In this document: piece by piece, positions 56,675-64,000 of the stretch
Position numbering within the stretch: the first letter of the stretch is position 1
Layout of the letters: each line of letters opens with the position of its first letter
IMG/VR virus record: IMGVR_UViG_3300044911_000926
Location: 2,908 to 66,907 of that record
Length of the DNA stretch: 64,000 bases
Strand: one strand, 5' to 3'
Source of the DNA: a virus
Notes under the pieces: model-generated
What the model saw: the letters and a program-made list of their open reading frames with translations, nothing else
The model's database searches: none
Told to the model about the DNA's origin: nothing
Made by a program: the position numbers and the translations under genes

Positions 56675-56697
56675 GCCTTTTCCGGGATAGGCTCCGG
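56675..56697 (+). other. CCGGGATAGGCTCCGG pseudoknot-like intergenic motif, copy 1
   Basis: identical 16-mer at 62570 and 63452 (minus strand). Confidence 0.6.
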
Positions 56698-56726
56698 TTT
56701 TTCAACCCTAACTACGGGAAAACATT

Positions 56727-57143
56727 GTGGCAATCGAAATTGTAACCAAGAAGGCAGTCGGATTCGGACGGCCAAAGACGGAGCACCCAGCAGTGGCTGC
56801 TTACCGGACACCAGAAGGAACGCTGCGTATGTCCATATCCATACCAGACGCTTCAGCACAGGTCGGTGGCATTAAGGAGGGAGACAGGGCAAGTTTCTTC
56901 ATCGACAAGGAAGTGACTTCGTTCGGCTTTGTCGTTCATCCAGAGGGTGCGGTCAAGGTCGTCAAGACATCCAAGGCTGGCACTACGCTTGTCATTCGTG
57001 GTGCGATCTCCAAGGAGCACGAGGAGTACGTCCTTGGGCACGCTTGGAAGTTAAACTGTTTTTCAGACAGTCAATCTGGAAGGCTTGCCAACTTCTTGGG
57101 AAGCGAAGGAACTACGGAAGTCAAGTCGAAGAAGCCGTCATGA
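56727..57143 (+). CDS. hypothetical protein (AbrB-like?)
   Basis: GTG start; ISIP....GIKEGD pattern. Confidence 0.65.
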   Translation: MAIEIVTKKAVGFGRPKTEHPAVAAYRTPEGTLRMSISIPDASAQVGGIKEGDRASFFIDKEVTSFGFVVHPEGAVKVVKTSKAGTTLVIRGAISKEHEEYVLGHAWKLNCFSDSQSGRLANFLGSEGTTEVKSKKPS

Positions 57144-57619
57144 CCAAGATCTCAGAGACACCTGAGTACCAGAAGTTATCGGTAGGCTGGCAGCGTTTTG
57201 CTTTCGGCCTATCGAGGTCTGCACTCAAGTCGATCTCTGAGATGGACCTAGACGACCAGTCGGCCTTGCTTGAGAAGTACCTCAAGATCCATGACCTAGC
57301 GGAGCGTGGCAACATGCTCCGCAGGATGTTCGGTTCGACACAGCGGAAGCCAACTCCGGGTGAAGAACAAGAGATGCTGAACGCACTTGTTAAGCGTAAG
57401 CCTCGGAAGTTCGAGACTACGCAGCAGGTGGATAACGCCTTGGCTGAGGCTCAAGGTAAGGCAGAGTTACTAATGCAATCACTCCAGAGACTTTCGATCG
57501 ACGGTCTGATTGCTAACACAGGGGCACGGCGTAAGACGATTGCACCGTGCCAGACGATTATCTCGACACTTAACTGGATGAGGATGAGGCTCAAAGATGC
57601 AAACGAACCAACGCCGTGA
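57140..57619 (+). CDS. hypothetical protein
   Basis: ATGA overlap. Confidence 0.7.
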   Translation: MTKISETPEYQKLSVGWQRFAFGLSRSALKSISEMDLDDQSALLEKYLKIHDLAERGNMLRRMFGSTQRKPTPGEEQEMLNALVKRKPRKFETTQQVDNALAEAQGKAELLMQSLQRLSIDGLIANTGARRKTIAPCQTIISTLNWMRMRLKDANEPTP

Positions 57620-57959
57620 AATTGAACTGATCTTGGTAGGTGTTGCACTTGCCAAGTCCGAGCGAGACAAGGTCATGGTGCTGGCTCCTGGCTCATTCTC
57701 CAAGGACACCGAGGAGTTGATCGATGCCATCCGGACTCAGAAGCCAGGGCCGTTTATCAAGTTCATGTCCGAACGTGGGATTGCACCCGAGAAGGGCATG
57801 GACTTTATCGAGTTGATGGTGGCCAAGATCGCAGATTACAACAAAAGGGAGAGGCTCAATATGATAGCGACTCAACTGCATAATTGCCGTGTCGCTATGG
57901 GTACAGACGAAATGGTGGAATTTTTCAAGTCAACACTCAAGCAAGTAGAGGGTATGTGA
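57597..57959 (+). CDS. hypothetical protein
   Basis: GAGG RBS. Confidence 0.7.
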   Translation: MQTNQRREIELILVGVALAKSERDKVMVLAPGSFSKDTEELIDAIRTQKPGPFIKFMSERGIAPEKGMDFIELMVAKIADYNKRERLNMIATQLHNCRVAMGTDEMVEFFKSTLKQVEGM

Positions 57960-58210
57960 TGGCTGGTAAGACTTACGATAACAGTGGAATTATCTCGAAG
58001 AACGACAGAAAGACCGAGCCTGGTCACGCAGACCAAACAGGGTCAGGCACGTTCTTAGGTGTGGAGTTCTGGATCAACGGCTGGATCAAAGAGAAAGACG
58101 GGAGGAGGTTTCTGTCGCTATCCTTTCGTCCCAAAGAACCCAGAACCCAGAGCAGCAAGCCAAGTCAAGGACCTCGTCAGGCCTACATCCCCGACGACGA
58201 ACCTTTCTAG
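57959..58210 (+). CDS. small ssDNA-binding-like protein (DUF736-like)
   Basis: NSG...KN..K...D.TG....G.EFWINGW...FLSLS; acidic DDEPF tail. Confidence 0.7.
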   Translation: MAGKTYDNSGIISKNDRKTEPGHADQTGSGTFLGVEFWINGWIKEKDGRRFLSLSFRPKEPRTQSSKPSQGPRQAYIPDDEPF

Positions 58211-58338
58211 GTGCGAGCATCGAGATTGGGTTGACGAGAGGACGGACAACTTCCCGTGCAACATACGGACAACTTGTCGTACATGCGGCAAGTTCATAGG
58301 GTACAGGCCAGATACAATTCCTAAACGCAGAGCAAGAA

Positions 58339-59178
58339 ATGAGCAGCGAGATGAAACCGATCTACTCGGTCACGGGGACGGCGGAAGTGATTGACCGCAG
58401 CGACGGTCTTGGGTTCCACGATCAGTTGCTCAACGAGTTCCACGAACTGGACCGGAAGGTGCGGGAACACGCCGCGTCTGCCCTAATCTTCTGCGATGCG
58501 TTGATGGAGATCTGTACCCGGAAACTGTACGAGGTTGACGGGTTCGCGTCCTGGCTGGACTACTGCTCGTCACGGAACATCTCCGTCCGCCACGCCCAGC
58601 GACTTGTTAATGCAGGTAAGATACGCAGGGAGATTGCTACATGCGACCCCGGGGTCGCATTGCCTACGTCCGAGAAGCATCTTCGGGCTATCTCTGCGGT
58701 TCCGGAGGGCGATCGAGCCAAGGTCGTGCTAGAGGCCCAGAAACGGGCCGCTAACGAGGGCAGAGATCCAGTCACCCGAGATTACGCAGAAGCAGCCAGG
58801 ACGCACCAGACGAAGGCTACGGCTGCCTTACCGAAGGATTCCGTAGTGGTCCCCGGAAAGGTCCAGCCAAGGCACGCCGACCAGCCCGAGGAATACTTGG
58901 ACGAGGAGGGCTATCCCGTTCCGGAGGAGTTGTGGCCGGTCTGGCGGGACATCCCGGAGTTTATGGACGTTGCGGACAAGATCCGGTCGTCCGGTGTTAT
59001 GGAGCAGGCTCGTCGTCTGGTTCAACTTGGGGTCAAACACAAGGCTCCGAGCATCATCAAGGCCGCGAACGATATTGAGCGTATGCACAACTCGATGGTG
59101 CAGTTGGCGCTGGGTTGTAAGCCAGCCCGAGTCGATGGTGACGATTGGGTAACACGAGCGGAGGCACTAGAGTCATGA
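58339..59178 (+). CDS. putative DNA-binding protein (HTH-like; LY...GF.SW.DYC family)
   Basis: RKLYEVDGFASWLDYC..NISVRHAQRLVNA...LPTSEKHLRAI; contains palindrome copy 5. Confidence 0.7.
   Translation: MSSEMKPIYSVTGTAEVIDRSDGLGFHDQLLNEFHELDRKVREHAASALIFCDALMEICTRKLYEVDGFASWLDYCSSRNISVRHAQRLVNAGKIRREIATCDPGVALPTSEKHLRAISAVPEGDRAKVVLEAQKRAANEGRDPVTRDYAEAARTHQTKATAALPKDSVVVPGKVQPRHADQPEEYLDEEGYPVPEELWPVWRDIPEFMDVADKIRSSGVMEQARRLVQLGVKHKAPSIIKAANDIERMHNSMVQLALGCKPARVDGDDWVTRAEALES
58641..58660. repeat. perfect 20-bp palindrome ATGCGACCCCGGGGTCGCAT, copy 5 (encodes CDPGVA)
   Basis: exact. Confidence 0.95.
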
Positions 59179-59405
59179 GTCAAGAACCAAGAACAGAACA
59201 ATCTATTAAAACGCTTGTTGACGAGTCCAGGATGGCTAGTAGCTACATAGGTCCGCTGCTGTTCAAACTTGCTGATACGGTAGAAGAATTAAGCAATAAG
59301 TGTCGACTGCAAGCCGATACGATTGATTTTAAGAGCACAACAATCTCTGCATTGAAGTACCGCATTGACGAACTAAACAAGGAACTCGCGAGCCTGCGAG
59401 GCTGA
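59175..59405 (+). CDS. hypothetical coiled-coil protein
   Basis: GGAGG RBS. Confidence 0.65.
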   Translation: MSQEPRTEQSIKTLVDESRMASSYIGPLLFKLADTVEELSNKCRLQADTIDFKSTTISALKYRIDELNKELASLRG

Positions 59406-59410
59406 CCGGC

Positions 59411-59430
59411 TTCACGCCGTTTCCCCTCGT
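59411..59430 (+). promoter_or_regulatory. TTCAC-N5-TTCCCCTCGT motif (plus orientation)
   Basis: exact copy upstream of the helicase operon. Confidence 0.65.
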
Positions 59431-59472
59431 TGGTTGCCTCGAACAACTTCAACACGTCCTCGGGAGGGACAC

Positions 59473-59928
59473 ATGTGCGAGTTATTGACAGAAACGGATA
59501 GGATTAGGCACATCTTTTACAACTTTGAACTCCCCAGCAATGACTGCGGCTGGACGGAGATCGAAGGTTGCAGATTGATCATGACACCCTCGGGCCTATG
59601 CACGAGAGAGGACCTGCAAGGAAGGTTGATGCACGCTCAGAAGGAATGGTACATCCAAGGTCGAGACGATCACCGGATCATTGCGTACAGGAGTAACCTT
59701 GCAAGTTTCCTGACAAGGAGTCTAGTCCAATCTGTTACCGTGGACAAAGCACTTGTCCTCGGTAAGAAGAAGCAGATAATCACCGAGCGAACATCAGCGA
59801 AGCGGTGCATCATTGATTACCTTCGCGTTGATTGGATGGGTGTATCCAGGTGGGGCTTCGTCATGCCCAAGCCGTTTGTGTGCTACGACCAAGGTGGATC
59901 GTTGCGTTTTCGACAACTTGTTGACTAA
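59473..59928 (+). CDS. hypothetical protein
   Basis: GGGAGG RBS. Confidence 0.65.
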   Translation: MCELLTETDRIRHIFYNFELPSNDCGWTEIEGCRLIMTPSGLCTREDLQGRLMHAQKEWYIQGRDDHRIIAYRSNLASFLTRSLVQSVTVDKALVLGKKKQIITERTSAKRCIIDYLRVDWMGVSRWGFVMPKPFVCYDQGGSLRFRQLVD

Positions 59929-59940
59929 CTGGAGGTAAAG

Positions 59941-61509
59941 ATGATTCAAGCACCTGTACAGGTACGTCCGTATCAAGACCGCATGATCGAGCAGATCCGG
60001 CAGGCTGCCGGTGAAGGCTTTCGTAGGATACTCGTCGTGCTACCTACTGGTGGTGGCAAGAGCGTGGTCGCTGCCAAGTTGATGCAGTTGTCCGCAGCCA
60101 AGGGTAGAGAGAGCATTTTCTTCGCTGCCCAGCGTGAGTTGGTTACTCAGATTGGCAACCAGTTAAACCGGATCGGACTCCCGTCTCGAACGATCATGGC
60201 TGGTGTCAAACAGGAGTATCAGAGCTACGAGGATCAGGTTGATTCCCGATGTTCGCTAGTGGCACGAGATACGCTTTGGCAACGAGCGTTCAAGCGTAAC
60301 AAACTCGAACTGCCAGCAGCGGACGTGATGCAGATTGACGAGGCGCACACCGCTGGATGCCCCACATACGTCAAGATCATGGAAGCGTACCAGAAGTCCG
60401 TCATCATCGGATGGACTGCTACGCCGTGTCGGTCAGACAACAAGCCGCTTGGCCTGTGGTTCGACAAGATGATCATCGGTGCGTCCTACGAGGAACTGCA
60501 ACGGGATGGATACTTGGTTCCTGTTAAGGTCATCGCTCCAGATAGACCTGACCTGAAAGGACTGAAGGTCTCTCGTGGAGACTACTCCAAGGGCGACCTA
60601 GAGAAGCGAATGAACCGAGACGAGATGGTCGGGAACATCGTCAAGGAATGGCTCAATCACGCACAGGGTAGGTCAACGGTGCTGTTTGCAGCAGGGGTTG
60701 ATCACTCGATCCACTGCCGGGACTTGTTCCGTAAGGAAGGTGTCTCCGCAGAGCACATCGACGGTACGATGCCTACCGAACAACGTGATGACATCATGGC
60801 ACGGGCCAAGGCCGGAGAGATCCGTGTCCTGTGCAACTATGGGGTTTTGCACACCGGCGTCGATGTTCCTCAGTGGAAGGTGATGATCTGTGCTAGGCCG
60901 ACGAAGTCGTTTGGCTTGTTCCGGCAGATGGCAGGTCGAATCCAGCGTCCGTACCCAGGTCATGATCACTGCCTGATCTTAGATCACTCGGACAACACGT
61001 TGCACTTCGGATTCCCAGACGAGGATGTTGATTGGGACATCGAAGGCAATGCCGACCAAGGCAAGCAACACATGGAGAAAAAGAAGAAGGCCAAGGACGA
61101 GGCCAATCGAGAGCCTCACGCCTGCCCTCAGTGCAAGACCATGTACAAGGGCTACGCCTGTCCTTCGTGTGGCTACAAGACCGAACGGAAGGGCACGGAG
61201 ATCCAGATGTCCGATGGTAAGCTCAAGGAATTAGAGCGAGCCAAGGCCAACCGCAAGGCAACGCCAATGGACAAGCAGAAGTGGTGGGATCACTGCTTAG
61301 GGGTGGCAATCGCTAAGAACATGAGAATCGGTGCTGCTGCGCACATGTTTAAGAGCAAGTACGGCGTGTTCCCGAACAATACCGTACAGAACGTACCTCG
61401 GTCGAGTCAGTGGCAGATGAACGCCAAGGACTTTTACCACAGGGTAGTTAAGCCAGCAAAGAACGAGACGCTGGCCGATATTAAAGACTCGATGTCCCTG
61501 TTCTCGTGA
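59941..61509 (+). CDS. SF2 DEAH helicase (RadD/YejH-like, C-terminal Zn ribbon)
   Basis: RPYQ, PTGGGKS, DEAH, TATP, QMAGR; CPQC..CPSCG. Confidence 0.92.
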   Translation: MIQAPVQVRPYQDRMIEQIRQAAGEGFRRILVVLPTGGGKSVVAAKLMQLSAAKGRESIFFAAQRELVTQIGNQLNRIGLPSRTIMAGVKQEYQSYEDQVDSRCSLVARDTLWQRAFKRNKLELPAADVMQIDEAHTAGCPTYVKIMEAYQKSVIIGWTATPCRSDNKPLGLWFDKMIIGASYEELQRDGYLVPVKVIAPDRPDLKGLKVSRGDYSKGDLEKRMNRDEMVGNIVKEWLNHAQGRSTVLFAAGVDHSIHCRDLFRKEGVSAEHIDGTMPTEQRDDIMARAKAGEIRVLCNYGVLHTGVDVPQWKVMICARPTKSFGLFRQMAGRIQRPYPGHDHCLILDHSDNTLHFGFPDEDVDWDIEGNADQGKQHMEKKKKAKDEANREPHACPQCKTMYKGYACPSCGYKTERKGTEIQMSDGKLKELERAKANRKATPMDKQKWWDHCLGVAIAKNMRIGAAAHMFKSKYGVFPNNTVQNVPRSSQWQMNAKDFYHRVVKPAKNETLADIKDSMSLFS

Positions 61510-61823
61510 GGAAGAAGATGGACCCAATTAATGAGTGCTTAGCGTCTTATCGCTATGCGGCCGAGGCGTTAGGCAGAGCATTAAAAAGGCATGGAGTTGA
61601 CCACTCGAATGTAAGTAGCGTCACTCGAATGCTGCATGTCAACGACGCTCCTAATGACGACGGAATATCTGGGCTTTACTGCAAAGATGGACAGGCTATC
61701 ATGCGGGCGTCGATGTGGCAGAAGCTAGATTGTAATCCGCTGCCTTATTACCGCAGGATCTTTATCATCCAGGACCTCGTAGATGCGTCAGATCAGCAAC
61801 AAGAGAAGGAATCGACAGGCTGA
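61506..61823 (+). CDS. hypothetical protein
   Basis: GTGA overlap. Confidence 0.5.
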   Translation: MRKKMDPINECLASYRYAAEALGRALKRHGVDHSNVSSVTRMLHVNDAPNDDGISGLYCKDGQAIMRASMWQKLDCNPLPYYRRIFIIQDLVDASDQQQEKESTG

Positions 61824-62151
61824 GGCCAAGCCGTTCCGAGACGCACTGGTAGCAAGCGTGGGGCACTGCGAGCGATGCCACAAGACGCCCAAGCAAGGCG
61901 TCAGGCTCTGCGTACACGAGATTTCAAACGGACCCTTGCGTCAGAAGTCCCTCGACCAGCCTTACGCTGTGCTGGTCCTATGCTGGGGATGTAACGGGTT
62001 AGCAACGGACAAGGGAAGATGGAGCGAGGCCGCTCAGTTGCGTTGCTTGTTAGAATCGCGACCAGACCACTACGATCTGGTCGCGTATAACTATCTCGTC
62101 AGGCCGAATGCACCTAATAGGATTACTCAGGACGATGTAGATCAGTCTTGA
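61783..62151 (+). CDS. HNH-like Zn-binding protein
   Basis: CERC...VHE...LC..CN. Confidence 0.6.
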   Translation: MRQISNKRRNRQAEAKPFRDALVASVGHCERCHKTPKQGVRLCVHEISNGPLRQKSLDQPYAVLVLCWGCNGLATDKGRWSEAAQLRCLLESRPDHYDLVAYNYLVRPNAPNRITQDDVDQS

Positions 62152-62540
62152 GGCTTCTTGGCTGGCTTGTTCGGGTCCTCTGCTGCGAAGCAAAGGTTGG
62201 CGGTTGCAATGATGTCGTGCGTTTCGCAGTCCTCGACCATTGCAATGAAACTTTCGCTCCCGTGAGACCAGCAGCGAAGGACCCCTCGCTCCCATTTAGA
62301 ACGCCAACGCGACGATCCATCAATCAACTCGCAGATCCTTGACTCATACCAGCACTCATCTCCAATCCTGTCAGGTCGGCTTGGCTGGTCAGGCTTTTCG
62401 CTTTGTAGCTGCTCAATCGCTCGAACAACGTCAGACAACTCGTCTGCTATGTTAAACGCCCGTGCTTTCTTGGCATCGCCAACTGCCCGCCTTAGTCCAG
62501 TGATTAACCTCTCGACTTTCTCTGCATTCAATCCACTCAT
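62142..62540 (-). CDS. hypothetical protein
   Basis: AAGGA RBS. Confidence 0.65.
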   Translation of the reverse strand: MSGLNAEKVERLITGLRRAVGDAKKARAFNIADELSDVVRAIEQLQSEKPDQPSRPDRIGDECWYESRICELIDGSSRWRSKWERGVLRCWSHGSESFIAMVEDCETHDIIATANLCFAAEDPNKPAKKPQD

Positions 62541-62568
62541 TTTCTCATCCTTTGTTGGGTGTTAAGAA

Positions 62569-62594
62569 TCCGGAGCCTATCCCGGAGTGAGGCT
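62569..62594 (-). other. pseudoknot-like intergenic motif, copy 2
   Basis: AGCCU-CAC-UCCGG-GAU-AGGCU-CCGGA. Confidence 0.6.
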
Positions 62595-62605
62595 ACTATC
62601 ATAGA

Positions 62606-62944
62606 CTAATCGAGATCAACATCTAGCCAGCCCAGCCTTGACGCCGCCTCGATGACCGAGTGCGTGCCTTTGTTGTGGCCTCTGTAGTTGTTGATGTAGT
62701 CGTTCGCCTCCTCTGCTGAATCAAGTCTTGTCAGACTAGACAGGTCGTGAGCAACGTCTGCAAACGCATTGTCGTAGGTCAGTTCTCGATCTTCTTCCGA
62801 CAGGTTGTTGTTACAACTGCACGAACGGTCATAGACACCTTCTGCCCAGTCGGACACGAACTCATCTTCTGACTCGAAGTACCTTGCCCACGCTGGCCTC
62901 TGGTGTGGCCTGAACACGAGAATGAACGGCTTGTTAGAACTCAT
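62606..62944 (-). CDS. hypothetical acidic protein
   Basis: ATG 62944 (MSSNKPF...). Confidence 0.7.
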   Translation of the reverse strand: MSSNKPFILVFRPHQRPAWARYFESEDEFVSDWAEGVYDRSCSCNNNLSEEDRELTYDNAFADVAHDLSSLTRLDSAEEANDYINNYRGHNKGTHSVIEAASRLGWLDVDLD

Positions 62945-62981
62945 GGTATTGATCCAGTTTAGAGTTAAAGATCCAAAACTA

Positions 62982-63422
62982 CTATCGTAATGAATATCCA
63001 GCAGACTCCAGCCACGACTCCCAAGCAAGTTGAACAGCACAATGCTTGTACTCTCCCGGGTTTCCGTCGCCGTTCTGGTGCCTCGCGATCGGCAGGTTCT
63101 TGCCTTTGATCATCGACTCGAACGTCTTGCGTTCTGGAATCTGACGTTCTTCCGGTATCGTCCTGTAGTTCTGGATCAAGCGATGCAGCATTAAGTCGAT
63201 TGACATATCCAAATGAACGTAAACTTCGAAAGTATGTTTAAGTCCAGCAATTCGTTCAAGCCTGTACTTGTCAACTTTAATTGGACCCTCCGCCATTGGG
63301 TCGTCAATCTCGTACATCCTCGACAGATTCTCCCTGTCCGTGGTTGGAACCAAGACGAGCCCCTTGTTTCCATAGACCGGAAACTCAGCACCGTCGCTGT
63401 CCCCGCCGAAAAACTTTGCCAT
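62982..63422 (-). CDS. hypothetical protein
   Basis: AGGT RBS; FFGG..DG N-terminus, Y....VQLAWE C-terminus. Confidence 0.7.
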   Translation of the reverse strand: MAKFFGGDSDGAEFPVYGNKGLVLVPTTDRENLSRMYEIDDPMAEGPIKVDKYRLERIAGLKHTFEVYVHLDMSIDLMLHRLIQNYRTIPEERQIPERKTFESMIKGKNLPIARHQNGDGNPGEYKHCAVQLAWESWLESAGYSLR

Positions 63423-63450
63423 AGATCACCTGATGTTTAGGTTGTAAAGA

Positions 63451-63476
63451 TCCGGAGCCTATCCCGGGTTAAGGCT
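63451..63476 (-). other. pseudoknot-like intergenic motif, copy 3
   Basis: AGCCU-UAA-CCCGG-GAU-AGGCU-CCGGA. Confidence 0.6.
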
Positions 63477-63485
63477 GACGACAGA

Positions 63486-63737
63486 CTATCGAGAGCATCG
63501 AGCCAATGCTTTCCATTGGTCAAGTTGATCTTCTCCGAGCAAGAAAAAGGCACCCACCTCTTGGTGCCTTCCGTTGCTGTTCACCTTTCGTCCGATCTGC
63601 TCACCCTTGGTATTGATTCTCGCCTGTAGCAAACAGACTCCTCCGTGAGCAGCGGGGTTGTAGTTCCTGCTCGATACGCTGCCGGTGAAGCCTACGACAG
63701 CGATTGTCTTGAACTTACTTGTCAGTCCTGATGCCAT
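63486..63737 (-). CDS. hypothetical protein
   Basis: 83 aa; N..AHGGV...R..NSNG.H.E.G motif. Confidence 0.65.
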   Translation of the reverse strand: MASGLTSKFKTIAVVGFTGSVSSRNYNPAAHGGVCLLQARINTKGEQIGRKVNSNGRHQEVGAFFLLGEDQLDQWKALARCSR

Positions 63738-63961
63738 GATCCAGTCTCGCTTTGGTTATTGGGTTCGATAATAGACATTAGCCTGAGTATCTCTCGTGCT
63801 AGTTCATCTCTGCCGTAAAAGCAGTTATCGCAGTAACATCTCTCGTCTTGCCGTGTGGTTCCGTGCTCCTCGCGAAACGACTCTATCTCCTCATCAAAGT
63901 TAGGATTCCTACGATCGTAAGAGCAAAGGCAACTCTGTATGTACTCCTTTGATATTGGCAT
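63722..63961 (-). CDS. hypothetical protein
   Basis: GGAG RBS; LC.YD.RNP...CYCDNCFYGR..LA motif. Confidence 0.75.
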   Translation of the reverse strand: MPISKEYIQSCLCSYDRRNPNFDEEIESFREEHGTTRQDERCYCDNCFYGRDELAREILRLMSIIEPNNQSETGSWHQD

Positions 63962-64000
63962 GTCCTGATTCTCCAGTGTGAAGTTAAACCCAGACGCCCG

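Noticed and set aside
58059-58394. Possible small Zn-finger CDS (CEH...CRTCGKF)
   Set aside because: No convincing in-frame start or RBS outside the overlap with 57959-58210; left uncalled.
1-64000. Stop-codon reassignment
   Set aside because: Core genes are intact in the standard code, and TAA, TAG and TGA all terminate genes.

Overview
This window is most of a tailed dsDNA bacteriophage genome (Caudoviricetes). The host is inferred to be Planctomycetota or another PVC bacterium, from the signal-peptide/Cys-rich proteins, the papain-like protease cassette, an ECF-like sigma factor and the lack of a classical endolysin. Layout: (1) 1-9.0 kb and 62.1-64 kb, leftward small 'early' genes including an ArdA-like anti-restriction gene and an ECF-like sigma factor; (2) 9.6-19.9 kb, rightward accessory genes (DpdA/TGT-like plus QueF-like pair, tRNA-like RNA, thermonuclease, NUDIX, RuvC) and a leftward serine recombinase; (3) 20-54 kb, morphogenesis genes (scaffold, capsid, terminase, portal, secreted protease cassette, tail tube, 1795-aa polyvalent protein); (4) 54-62 kb, recombination/replication genes (YqaJ, SSAP, SMC-like ATPase, SF2 helicase). 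The most striking content is non-coding. Most junctions of the early operon carry a structured element: four twister (P5-permuted) ribozymes, four copies of an unrecognised covarying hairpin with an AGCAGCAGC loop that occupies the same slot as the twisters (candidate new processing element or ribozyme), and a ~540-nt ROOL-like RNA. Three dispersed DNA motif families are also present: a TTCAC-N5-TTCCCCTCGT promoter-like motif, a TGTC-N8-GACA operator at sigma70-type promoters, and a perfect palindrome GCGACCCCGGGGTCGC, one copy of which lies inside a putative DNA-binding protein gene. All family assignments are by eye from motifs; no database searches were run.
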